The notes beneath the pieces were generated by a model that saw nothing but the letters and a program-made list of their open reading frames with translations, had not been told where the DNA came from and did no database searches. 64,000 nt of DNA from Candidatus Saccharimonadota bacterium (GTDB taxonomy: Bacteria; Patescibacteriota; Saccharimonadia; Saccharimonadales; Saccharimonadaceae): positions 87,097-151,096 of the forward strand of contig WRHJ01000002.1 in NCBI GenBank assembly GCA_009783305.1, written 5' to 3'. Numbering within the stretch: the first letter of the stretch is position 1; each line of letters opens with the position of its first letter. Below are positions 55,542 through 64,000 of this stretch, piece by piece. Both the position numbers and the translations under genes were made by a program.

Positions 55542-58500
55542 ATGGCAGAGTATGAAACCGACGGCAGTAGCGCCCTAGCTCCCAATGATCCCTATAATGA
55601 GATGGATCGTTCGGATATTCGCCCTAATCTTGGGATTATTGAAGGTGGCGGCAAAGGTGATGGCAAACCCAGAGGCAACTTAAGAGCACTCGCTCAAAAT
55701 GGATTATCAGACGCCGAACGATCAGCCGCAAATCCCATATCCACCATCGCCGGCGGAGCCGATAAAGCACAATCTGCCGAACAAAACCAATCTCTCAGTC
55801 CACGTTTTACCGGTAAGGGCTTGCCAGGTCAAAAGGACAACAAAAAAGATGGTAAGAAAAAAGGCTTTTTCAAAGGCAAGGGGCCGCTTATTGCCATTAT
55901 GACTCTATTAATCGGCGGCGGCGGCATCATGGCCGGAACCCAATCTCTTATGCCCTTTAGTTTAATCGCCCAATTTCAAGAAACTTTTGATTCCATCAAA
56001 ACCGTCTCCGAACTGCGTTCGAATGTATTCTTCGAGCATCAATTGAATCCAGATCTAGTCAAAGATCCAATTCGCGCCACCATGTTTGGCAAACTCAAGT
56101 TCAAAATCACTCACCGGCAGGAAACTAAACTTTTCAAACAGGGCATAGAGGTTGAAAGGAATTTTAGATACGTTGACGGAAATGGCAATAACAAATCCAT
56201 CACAGCGCTGACATTTGATGACGGTTCAGGTCTCCCCCCAATGATTATTGTCCCAGACGCCAAGATGCAAGTCGATGTTGATAATTTCATCCTGAGCGGC
56301 GGATTAACAGATGTTGATGGTTCTGTCATTATGCCGCCAGTCCATTCATTCAATGGAGCATTCGACGAAATACCCGATTTCCGCAATGGTTACATCAAAG
56401 GATCACGCACTTGGCGCGGAGCTGTCGGAGCCTGGTTTGGTAGAATGACAGTCAGATTCTTGCAAAGTAACCGATTAACACGTGATAGGTTTAAAAATTT
56501 TCAAGCTCGTGTGATGGCTGAAGAAGCCGGTAATACTAGGAGTGCCGCCATAGCCTTGATGCGTGACGATGTTAATAATCAATCCGAAGGAGTTGGCGTT
56601 CGCAATACTGACGCCGGCGAACAAACTACTACTGTAGAAAACAGTGATGGAACCACTTCTACTGAAGTAACTCCTGTGGCCGCAGCAGTACCTCCAGATG
56701 CTGGTCCCACCGGCTTCAAAGCCAAGCTAGACGCCGCTATTTACAAAGGCAATAAGGCGCAAATCGAAGCTTATCTCACCGATTTTGGCAACGGCATGGC
56801 TAAACAAGTCAGCGGCGCCGCCAACGCCGTAGTTAATGTTGCCTGTACAGTGTTTAATTTTATCGGTGCAGTAAATCTTATGTTAGTTGCACACGAAGCG
56901 CTCCAAATTATGCAGCTGATCACAGGATACTTTGAGGCCATCCAGAAAGTCCAAGCCGGTGACGGGGCCGATTCGCCGCTCAATGATTTGTCCAATGGTC
57001 TAACTACACCGGCAAATTCCACCTATGAAACCGACGATGGCGGCAGCGTTACGCTCACTGGATCTGCCATGGCCAGCAGCGGCATTACTTCTATTTATGG
57101 CAATAAACCAGTCAACAAACATGACCCAAGCGTCGACAGTTTTAATATTGGCACTAGACTGCAAACCATATTAGGTTTGCTTGGCACCAGCGTTACTAGC
57201 TTCTTGGGATGCGCCATCGCCAAGGCTGCCGCTAGCCTGGTTGATCTTGTGCTAGATGTTGTAGAAATTGTTACCTGCGTAGGAACATTTGGCATTGGCT
57301 GCGTAGTCTCAGCTATAAAAATGGCTATGACCTCCGTCGCTAGCAGTATTGCCATTTCTACTGCCATTTCCATAGCCGTGCCAATTCTCGCCCAGGTACT
57401 CTTCAAAGCCTTCTCCCGCGACATCATATCTACCTTAGCCGGAGAAGATCTAGGCAACGCCATTACCTCCGGGGCCAATATGTATATGGGGACAAATCAT
57501 AGAATGGGCGGAGGTGCACCAACCAATCAGGATGGACTATTGCAATTTATTGCCGCCCAACAACAGGTAATTGCCAATGAAGCGCGTTATCAGCGCGAAA
57601 CCAAAAGCCCCTTTGATGTTTCATCCAAATATACATTTATGGGTAGCCTAGTTACTTCCATCATGTCATTTACCACTCAGGCCACATCCTTCACGGGCAT
57701 AATGGCTGGGATCGGCAATATTGTTGGCAGTTCTATCTCCACAATTTTGCCAAGCGCTTCTGCTCTCCATGCCGTTAAAATGGTTACTTCTTTTGGCGAT
57801 TGCCCCGATCTCGAATCCATCGGTGCCGTCGGCGACGCATTTTGCAACCCATATATCGTTTCCGATATTAGTACTATAACGGGACTCGATTGGGACCCGG
57901 GCAGAGTAGTCGATAAAGTTGACGACCTCAACGGCTTGGTCAAAGTTGAAGGTGAAGTTCCGCAAGTCGCAAAAGGTTCCAACTTAGCAAAATATATTAT
58001 ATTTTGCGGTCAACGCGGCTCGCCATTCGGTGTTGCTGACCAAAATATCGCCAACGACATCTCATCAGACTCATGGACCACAGTAAGTACCGACGTCGCC
58101 CTTGTCAATACTTCAGCCAACACCACAATTGGTGCCATCCCAGTCTTAGGAGATTTTCTCGACATCGCTAGACAGTATGATCAAATTTCTAATTACGGAT
58201 GGGTATCCGGCGAATCCTGCGTGCAAGGAGGTACCACAAATCCAATTGCTGTCGCATCACCTAGCTGGGACGAAACTAGAAATTACCAACGCTTCGTCGA
58301 AGATCAAGTTTTATCTGAAACTATTGGTCTTGTTGAGAAATCCGCTGTCACGGCCTTCCTCGATGATTACTATGCGGAACACCCCCTAGACCAATCATAC
58401 GAAGGCATCCTAGCCCGCAAAACTGGCTTGACCAAAGAGACAGTCATCGCAACTTTCGAACAATTAGAATATTTCAACTTCATAGCTAACTATGATCCAA

Positions 58501-58652
58501 CCGAGCTTTATCCAATGCCAAACTATCTAGCTCATTACGTCTTTAGTCTAGCCGACCAATTACCAGCTATCATTATTGCCGATCATTACACCAATCCTAT
58601 ACCGTATTTCGTCATATACGCTGACACACGTACAAGGAGTTATGCTGTATGA
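55542..58652 (+). CDS. Large polytopic membrane protein (~1,036 aa), VirB6/ConG-like by architecture
   Basis: Disordered Gly/Lys-rich N-terminus, at least 5 TM segments spread along the protein, and large soluble loops. ATGA overlap with the hydrolase gene. Confidence 0.7.
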   Translation: MAEYETDGSSALAPNDPYNEMDRSDIRPNLGIIEGGGKGDGKPRGNLRALAQNGLSDAERSAANPISTIAGGADKAQSAEQNQSLSPRFTGKGLPGQKDNKKDGKKKGFFKGKGPLIAIMTLLIGGGGIMAGTQSLMPFSLIAQFQETFDSIKTVSELRSNVFFEHQLNPDLVKDPIRATMFGKLKFKITHRQETKLFKQGIEVERNFRYVDGNGNNKSITALTFDDGSGLPPMIIVPDAKMQVDVDNFILSGGLTDVDGSVIMPPVHSFNGAFDEIPDFRNGYIKGSRTWRGAVGAWFGRMTVRFLQSNRLTRDRFKNFQARVMAEEAGNTRSAAIALMRDDVNNQSEGVGVRNTDAGEQTTTVENSDGTTSTEVTPVAAAVPPDAGPTGFKAKLDAAIYKGNKAQIEAYLTDFGNGMAKQVSGAANAVVNVACTVFNFIGAVNLMLVAHEALQIMQLITGYFEAIQKVQAGDGADSPLNDLSNGLTTPANSTYETDDGGSVTLTGSAMASSGITSIYGNKPVNKHDPSVDSFNIGTRLQTILGLLGTSVTSFLGCAIAKAAASLVDLVLDVVEIVTCVGTFGIGCVVSAIKMAMTSVASSIAISTAISIAVPILAQVLFKAFSRDIISTLAGEDLGNAITSGANMYMGTNHRMGGGAPTNQDGLLQFIAAQQQVIANEARYQRETKSPFDVSSKYTFMGSLVTSIMSFTTQATSFTGIMAGIGNIVGSSISTILPSASALHAVKMVTSFGDCPDLESIGAVGDAFCNPYIVSDISTITGLDWDPGRVVDKVDDLNGLVKVEGEVPQVAKGSNLAKYIIFCGQRGSPFGVADQNIANDISSDSWTTVSTDVALVNTSANTTIGAIPVLGDFLDIARQYDQISNYGWVSGESCVQGGTTNPIAVASPSWDETRNYQRFVEDQVLSETIGLVEKSAVTAFLDDYYAEHPLDQSYEGILARKTGLTKETVIATFEQLEYFNFIANYDPTELYPMPNYLAHYVFSLADQLPAIIIADHYTNPIPYFVIYADTRTRSYAV

Positions 58653-60712
58653 TAAAGCATTCCAAATTTGATCGTTTTCTAAGAGGATTCTGTATTGTCG
58701 CAGCCGCCGCCATCATGGCCGGCCCTGCAGCAGCACTTACAGAATCGCAACTCGATATGTTTGCTGAAAACAACATCATGTTCTATGATCCAAGTCAAAG
58801 CAATACTTTTTGCGGTGCAGCTTCTTCCGATTGCAATATTATGGGCGACACAAAAGACGAGAAACTCTGGTCTGGTCTTCGCCACGTCGGGTTCACTCCG
58901 GAACAAACCGCCGCCATCATGGGCAACATGGCTCACGAAGGAGGCAGCCCCACCATACAAGAAGGCGTTTACAATTCTGCTCGCGACAGTAACTGCTTAA
59001 CTCAAGAAGGCCAACCCTATACAATCTGGACAGATAGCACCAATGGTCTCCATCATGGCGCCTGCATGCAAGCCATTTATAGTTATTACAGTGCAGGTAA
59101 AGGAGTTGCCGGTATTGGACTCGGATTTGTCCAATGGACATCTCATAATCGACGTTTAGGATATCTAGAAGAAATACGCAAACTAAATCTTCTCAAATAT
59201 TTTGAAGATGATGCCTATAAAACCTACGGACGCTACAACGACGAACAACTCCATGAAAAAATTATGCAAGAAACTGGCTCAGACTCAGATTACTGGGCGC
59301 TTTGGTGTGCCGCAATACATTTTGTGCGCACCGAAATGGACGGCGATTACTCGGAATTTTATACCAAAACAACCGTTGCAGAACTGGCTGGTTGGGTTTC
59401 CGCTCGTTACGAAGTATGCGGTTCATGCTCTCCCGGAGATTCCGGCTACAACAGCCGTATTGTTTCCGCTGAACAATATTTTGCCGACTACAAAGCCGGT
59501 AAATTCGACGCTATCGAATCCGGCGAAGCCAAGCCCGTCACATCAATTGGCAAAGAAGACGGATCCAACGTTACTATCATTGGCGACTCTATAACTAACG
59601 GTTATTATACGCGAAACGCCATCACTAAACTTTTACCCAAAGCCGACATCCACGCCCAAGATTCCAAATCCTTTGCCAACGGCTCTGACGCTAACCCATC
59701 AGGAGTTACCATTGCGCAAGAATTACAAAATACCAACACGCTTCGCAATATTGTTATCTTTGCTCTCGGGACTAACGATAAAGGCGGTATAGCAGACGGC
59801 GTGATCCAGAACCTCGTTGACAGTATCATAGGGCCAAGCCATATTATTTACTTCCTTACCAACTATGATGCCCAAAATCCCAGTATTTACGATAATAATA
59901 ATGCCCAATTTACTTCCGCCGCTGCTACGTACGGCAACGTCAGACTTATAGACTGGCGCACTATAGTTGAACAGGCGAAAGCTAGTAACCCAGAGACCAC
60001 TTATATTCTAGATGAGCAACCCTTATATTCGGTACACCCCACAATAGCCGGTAGCGAACTGTTCGCTCAAGCCATCTATGATAGTATAACCGGTGTAGGT
60101 AGACCATCTAATTGTGACAATATTAACAATCCCAACATGGCTATTTCTTACCTTCAGCAATTTATTGTCGATACCAACCGTCTTTATAATCGTAATTACG
60201 CCATACCTCGTACTGCAGCAATTGGGATGAATACTAATACGCCAGGGAGTGACGAGGAGGTTGTTGCGGATGCTATCATACAGCAACAATGGATCGATAG
60301 AGGACTCATCACGGCCTCAGACGAGCTAGGTGGCTGTTGGCGTGCCACCTTCTGCGGCCAATGTACTGCCCTTTCTGGCTGGTTTGTCACAATGATGACT
60401 GGCTATCTTTATGGCTCCGGCAACGGCGCCGAAGTCGTCGCCAACATGCTAATTGCAAATGCTGGACTACTAACAGCTTCCAATACCCCAGTTCCATTTA
60501 GCGTCTTCTCCGAAGATGGCAGTTCTGCTGCTGGCCATACTGGTATAGTCCTCGGTGTACTCAGCGACGGCACATATCTCACCATGGAAAATAATCAGGG
60601 CAACCATGACCTAAAAATTAAAAAGCGGGACAATTTCGCCGAAAAAAATGCCACATTCCTTAATCTGTCTTCAAAGCTAAAACTTGATCATCTAGGAACC
60701 ACCTATGAATAA
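58649..60712 (+). CDS. Secreted three-domain cell-wall hydrolase: lysozyme-like + SGNH/GDSL esterase + CHAP/NlpC-P60-like peptidase
   Basis: Signal anchor. GFTPEQTAAIMGNMAHEGG...GLGFVQWTSHNR (phage-tail-lysozyme-type). VTIIGDSITNGY...FALGTND...SVHPT (SGNH). CGQCTALSGWF...GHTGIVLGV...MENN (Cys-His). Confidence 0.8.
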   Translation: MIKHSKFDRFLRGFCIVAAAAIMAGPAAALTESQLDMFAENNIMFYDPSQSNTFCGAASSDCNIMGDTKDEKLWSGLRHVGFTPEQTAAIMGNMAHEGGSPTIQEGVYNSARDSNCLTQEGQPYTIWTDSTNGLHHGACMQAIYSYYSAGKGVAGIGLGFVQWTSHNRRLGYLEEIRKLNLLKYFEDDAYKTYGRYNDEQLHEKIMQETGSDSDYWALWCAAIHFVRTEMDGDYSEFYTKTTVAELAGWVSARYEVCGSCSPGDSGYNSRIVSAEQYFADYKAGKFDAIESGEAKPVTSIGKEDGSNVTIIGDSITNGYYTRNAITKLLPKADIHAQDSKSFANGSDANPSGVTIAQELQNTNTLRNIVIFALGTNDKGGIADGVIQNLVDSIIGPSHIIYFLTNYDAQNPSIYDNNNAQFTSAAATYGNVRLIDWRTIVEQAKASNPETTYILDEQPLYSVHPTIAGSELFAQAIYDSITGVGRPSNCDNINNPNMAISYLQQFIVDTNRLYNRNYAIPRTAAIGMNTNTPGSDEEVVADAIIQQQWIDRGLITASDELGGCWRATFCGQCTALSGWFVTMMTGYLYGSGNGAEVVANMLIANAGLLTASNTPVPFSVFSEDGSSAAGHTGIVLGVLSDGTYLTMENNQGNHDLKIKKRDNFAEKNATFLNLSSKLKLDHLGTTYE

Positions 60713-61469
60713 CGACAATCAATTCAAAATAAGAAAAAGGGCCCTAATCATTGTTGCCATTATCTTCTTGGCCGTCTGCGCCTTTGCTATCTGGTATTAC
60801 CTATTTACTATGCACAACAACATGATAGTTATCACAAACATTGATTCTTGCGCCGAACGACTCCCGGCCTCTCAACGAGACACTGTGTTCCGGCAGCTCT
60901 ACCCGTTTATACGAGAACAAAACAGTGTCAATGGCATAGATTCTCAGCCCACATATCATGCAGTTATTCGTGACAACACTTGCAGAACTAAAGATTACGA
61001 GCGCGATGGCTTGAGAAGCTCCAATGCCAGATTCATCCTAGATATCGAAGAACTTAATCAATCATATCGCGTTAGTTTCAATTGGATTAAAACTGGAGAT
61101 CCACAATCACCCGAAATTGATCTTGGCTCTACTAACGTCAACTGTCTTTTGGAAGAATATTTGATCTACGGCGACTTCAATTGCGATCAGAACCCCCTTA
61201 TTCAAGCATCCAATAGCGGCAGGGAACCTATTTTGTCACTCATCCCGTATTTTGGAGATGGCTTCTCGCTATCCCCAACATTATCTGCCACCAGTAAAAG
61301 CGGATACAGCATTATCCTTACTTTTGACCCGCCACAAATCATTTACCTCGAAGGACCCCTCGAGCCATTTCTCGAAAGCCGCAGGACTATGATGAGGCAA
61401 TTCCTCCAAGATAATGACATTAACATTGACGAGTATGGTATTATTGAAAACTTCAGAATAACTCGCTGA
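60705..61469 (+). CDS. Membrane-anchored hypothetical protein (254 aa)
   Basis: N-terminal TM (ALIIVAIIFLAVCAFAIWYYLF). 8-nt overlap with the hydrolase gene. Confidence 0.6.
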   Translation: MNNDNQFKIRKRALIIVAIIFLAVCAFAIWYYLFTMHNNMIVITNIDSCAERLPASQRDTVFRQLYPFIREQNSVNGIDSQPTYHAVIRDNTCRTKDYERDGLRSSNARFILDIEELNQSYRVSFNWIKTGDPQSPEIDLGSTNVNCLLEEYLIYGDFNCDQNPLIQASNSGREPILSLIPYFGDGFSLSPTLSATSKSGYSIILTFDPPQIIYLEGPLEPFLESRRTMMRQFLQDNDINIDEYGIIENFRITR

Positions 61470-61481
61470 TATTTTTGATGA

Positions 61482-61487
61482 TACAAT
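61482..61487 (+). promoter_or_regulatory. -10-like box 7 nt upstream of the murJ ATG (leaderless candidate)
   Basis: TACAAT, 7 nt, then ATG at 61495. Confidence 0.35.
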
Positions 61488-61494
61488 AAAAAGT

Positions 61495-63129
61495 ATGAAG
61501 CGTCCCAGATTTCACTTTAAATCCGTCGTGGCCCTGGCTAATGCCAAACTGCCCATCAAGTCTGCCGCTATTTTGCTCGCCAGCTCAACGCTCATCTCCG
61601 CGCTCCTCGGCATCTTCCGCGACCGCTGGCTCAACTCGCTTTATCTCGACACTTATCCTGCTGGCATTGATGCTTACACTGCCGCCTTCACCATCCCCGA
61701 CTTCATGTTTTTCATCCTCGTTTCCGGTGCTCTTGCCGTCACCTTCATACCCGTCTTCAACCAACGTCTCGCTACTGGCAACAAAAAATCAGCTTGGGAG
61801 CTTAGTTCCAGCATCCTGAACGTCATGGCGCTTTTCTGCCTAGTTGGCAGCATCCTCATCATGATTTTTGCCGATCCTCTCATCCGCTTCATTGTTGCTC
61901 CCGGTCTCGACGAAGCTCCCATGGCTCTTGCCATCAACATGATGCGCGTCATCGCCATCAACCCGTTCCTCTTTTCTATTGCCACTGTTCTCGCATCCAT
62001 CCAGCAGGCCGTCGGTCGTTTTGTTTTCTTCGCCCTTGCCCCCGCCCTCTACAACGTCGGCATCCTCATCGGTATTCTAGTTTTCACTGGCGGTATCAAC
62101 ATTTTTGGCCTGCAAATTTTTGAAGGCGGCATCATGGGCGTCGCCCTCGGCGTTGTACTCGGCGCCGTCTTCCAAGTCATTACTTCGCTAATTGGATTAT
62201 TCGGCCTCGGATTCGACTACGAATTCAAAATTTATTGGAAAAACCTGGGTTTCCGCGCCGTCTTAAAATTACTTCCCGCACGTTCCCTTGATCAAGGCAT
62301 CGATTACGTCAACAGTATCGTCAACACCAACCTCGCTTCGCGCATGGCCTCCGGCGCCGTTCGCTCCTATCAGCAGGGCTTAAGTTTGCACTCTATGCCA
62401 GTTAACCTCGTTGGCGTCGCCATCTCCACCGCCTTCTTTCCCAAACTTACCGAAGAAGTCGGGCAGGGCAAAGAAGAGGATTTCCGTCAAACTTTCCGCA
62501 CGGCCCTTCGCACCATCGTTTGGATGGCCATGCCTATTGCCGTCATCACGTTTTTCGCGCGCGGCTATATCGTCAACTTTATCAAAAATGGTGGCGACCC
62601 ACTAATTGCTGCTGTCCTCGGCGCCCTCGTTGTCTCCATTTTCTGCCGCTCTGTCTTTCATCTAGCCACGCGTGGTTTTTACGCCCATCAAAATACCAAG
62701 ATTCCTCTCATCATTTCCATCATCGCCATCGGACTCAATATTGGATTTGCCGTCTTCTTCACTATTTCCGGTTTCGGTCCCGAAGGTCTGGCCTATGCCC
62801 AATCCATCGGCGCCGCCATTGAAGTCACCATTTTACTCATCGTACAGCACATCCAAATGCGCGGTAAGTTGCTAAATCGCGAATTTTGGCGAAGCTTTTC
62901 CAAAACTATCTTCGCCTCTGGCATCGCCGGCGCCATCGCTTATTCCATGACCAAATTCTTCCCCCTTCTCGCCACTGACAATAGCTTCTTCGATACCTTC
63001 CCGAAATTCATGCTCATCGTTTGCACCAGCATCCTCTCCTATCTCATCGCTGGCTATTTCCTCGGCCTCGACGAAGTCAAAGTTGTTACCAGTAAACTCA
63101 AAAAAATCATCTTTCGCAACGTAGCTTAA
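61495..63129 (+). CDS. murJ: Lipid II flippase MurJ (MviN family)
   Basis: 14-TM MOP-type protein. N-terminus LISALLGIFRDRWLNSLY...IDAYTAAFTIPDFMF. Confidence 0.88.
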   Translation: MKRPRFHFKSVVALANAKLPIKSAAILLASSTLISALLGIFRDRWLNSLYLDTYPAGIDAYTAAFTIPDFMFFILVSGALAVTFIPVFNQRLATGNKKSAWELSSSILNVMALFCLVGSILIMIFADPLIRFIVAPGLDEAPMALAINMMRVIAINPFLFSIATVLASIQQAVGRFVFFALAPALYNVGILIGILVFTGGINIFGLQIFEGGIMGVALGVVLGAVFQVITSLIGLFGLGFDYEFKIYWKNLGFRAVLKLLPARSLDQGIDYVNSIVNTNLASRMASGAVRSYQQGLSLHSMPVNLVGVAISTAFFPKLTEEVGQGKEEDFRQTFRTALRTIVWMAMPIAVITFFARGYIVNFIKNGGDPLIAAVLGALVVSIFCRSVFHLATRGFYAHQNTKIPLIISIIAIGLNIGFAVFFTISGFGPEGLAYAQSIGAAIEVTILLIVQHIQMRGKLLNREFWRSFSKTIFASGIAGAIAYSMTKFFPLLATDNSFFDTFPKFMLIVCTSILSYLIAGYFLGLDEVKVVTSKLKKIIFRNVA

Positions 63130-63137
63130 GATGCAAA

Positions 63138-63455
63138 TTATCTTTTTTGTATTGTATCAATAATCCACCTGAAGAAATCACCCAAACCACCCGGGATCTG
63201 TATGAATAAAGTCATCAAACCTATCAGCAGCGCCACTACGATTGTGCCACCCAGCAGCGATCCCAACCCAAAAAACACACCACGCACAAAATTTACCCGA
63301 TAAATCCGCCCGCGATATTTATAAAAATCATAAAAAATCTCGCGGAGCAATGCTTCCTCGGCCCTCAAATCTTTATTTTCGAGATTTTGAACTCTTCGCT
63401 TTCTTACGCCCGCCACCAGTTGCCTTTCTAAATTCTTTCTCGGCCTTTGCAGCAA
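63138..63455 (-). CDS. Small membrane protein, function unknown
   Basis: C-terminal Gly-rich TM pair (FVRGVFFGLGSLLGGTIVVALLIGLMTLF). The 5' end overlaps the YtxH-like ORF by 83 nt, so the true start may be internal (TTG near 63368). Confidence 0.45.
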   Translation of the reverse strand: MLQRPRKNLERQLVAGVRKRRVQNLENKDLRAEEALLREIFYDFYKYRGRIYRVNFVRGVFFGLGSLLGGTIVVALLIGLMTLFIQIPGGLGDFFRWIIDTIQKR

Positions 63456-63636
63456 ATTTCTTTCCCTCGGATTTTGTTTTTCGTGCTACTTTCTTACTCC
63501 CCCGCGCAATATCGGCTCGCGTCTGCTTGCCTGATTTTGGCGCCGTCAAAACACCAGCGATCGCCCCAGCCGCTGCCCCTAAAGCCGCACCCAAGAAAAA
63601 CCCTCCTGCGCCGCTTTTTTTCTTTTTTCTTGCCAT
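63373..63636 (-). CDS. YtxH-like small stress/membrane-associated protein
   Basis: GGFFLGAALGAAAGAIAGVLTAPKSGKQTRADI pattern. Confidence 0.6.
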   Translation of the reverse strand: MARKKKKSGAGGFFLGAALGAAAGAIAGVLTAPKSGKQTRADIARGSKKVARKTKSEGKKFAAKAEKEFRKATGGGRKKAKSSKSRK

Positions 63637-63656
63637 TTTATTCCACCCTTTCTAAG

Positions 63657-63914
63657 TTACTGTGGCTTCTTGCCATCTTTAGACTTAGTATATTTATTCA
63701 CAAACGTTTTGACAAGACCCCCCACGCTAGTCATATCCTTTACGTTGCCCACGATATCATCCGCCTTATCTGCGATATCCTGTCCTTTGATTACGATTTT
63801 TTTCACTTCCTTCGTAATACCAATCAATTTCGCTACTAATACTATTGCTAAAATCAAAAATATCAAAAGCGCCGTTGATAGAAATATTACCAAAATCCAC
63901 TCCGCCGTGTTCAT
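63657..63914 (-). CDS. DUF948-like membrane-anchored protein
   Basis: N-terminal TM, then ...LIGITKEVKKIVIKGQDIADKADDIVGNVKDMT. Adjacent to the YtxH-like gene, as in Firmicutes. Confidence 0.5.
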   Translation of the reverse strand: MNTAEWILVIFLSTALLIFLILAIVLVAKLIGITKEVKKIVIKGQDIADKADDIVGNVKDMTSVGGLVKTFVNKYTKSKDGKKPQ

Positions 63915-64000
63915 ATCTAAATACCTCCCATTTTCATAAATTCTGTGTACGCCGCAAAGTAATTTGCTGGATCACCGGTTGTTAGCCATCGACCTTTGCT

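Noticed and set aside
53826-61469. Integrase, transposase, relaxase or T4SS ATPase that would define the island as an intact mobile element.
   Set aside because: None of the island ORFs shows tyrosine/serine recombinase, DDE, relaxase or Walker-type VirB4/VirD4 motifs. Mobility is therefore only hypothesised.
63447-63939. Plus-strand ORFs 63242..63655, 63447..63839 and 63670..63939.
   Set aside because: They are antisense to the YtxH-like and DUF948-like genes, which have recognisable family patterns. Their composition is skewed (Pro/Ser/Phe-rich).
1-64000. Alternative genetic code (UGA recoding, as in some CPR lineages such as Gracilibacteria/SR1).
   Set aside because: TGA, TAG and TAA all terminate well-defined conserved genes at the expected lengths (for example hrcA and xfp-C at TGA, the deacetylase at TAG, ftsH at TAA). 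No conserved gene requires read-through.

Overview
The window reads as a chromosomal segment from a small-genome, Gram-positive-type fermentative bacterium. By inference it is most consistent with the Candidate Phyla Radiation/Patescibacteria (Saccharibacteria-like). The reasons are compact housekeeping proteins (HrcA 238 aa, GrpE 139 aa, Pta 254 aa), a phosphoketolase-Pta-AckA fermentation block, many secreted Cys-rich proteins, and the standard genetic code with all three stop codons in use. Confident core genes are glmS, uppP, hrcA-grpE, pta, xfp (split), ackA, aspS, yebC, ruvC-ruvA, ftsH, murJ, lepA (split), pgeF, three tRNAs (Asn-GTT and two CAT tRNAs) and several DsbA-like, HAD-like and small membrane proteins. 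Two accessory regions stand out. (1) 6.1-24.3 kb holds a cell-surface cluster whose gene set resembles the csc/WxL loci of Firmicutes: two small WxL-like secreted paralogs, a DUF916/DUF3324-shaped protein and proteins carrying a sorting signal. It is built around two paralogous giant ORFs of 2,415 and 2,366 aa, each with a glycine-rich (ALK/LTK-type) domain that appears nested inside an IPT/TIG domain, followed by long arrays of Cys-containing modules. (2) 53.8-61.5 kb is a visibly lower-GC island. It encodes a ~1,036-aa polytopic membrane protein, a three-domain peptidoglycan hydrolase (lysozyme + SGNH esterase + CHAP) and a membrane-anchored protein, in the same order as conG-cwlT-yddI of Gram-positive conjugation modules, but with no ATPase, relaxase or integrase in view. 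Other points of note are a lepA gene split in two by a translationally coupled 70-aa membrane-peptide ORF, a phosphoketolase split into two overlapping ORFs, a recurrent -10 hexamer 6-10 nt upstream of ATG (implying leaderless mRNAs), a candidate ~135-nt structured RNA, a frameshifted gene and a flavoprotein disulfide reductase homolog lacking its redox cysteines. No CRISPR array, transposase or integrase was recognised. All calls come from reading the sequence and ORF translations by eye; no searches were run.
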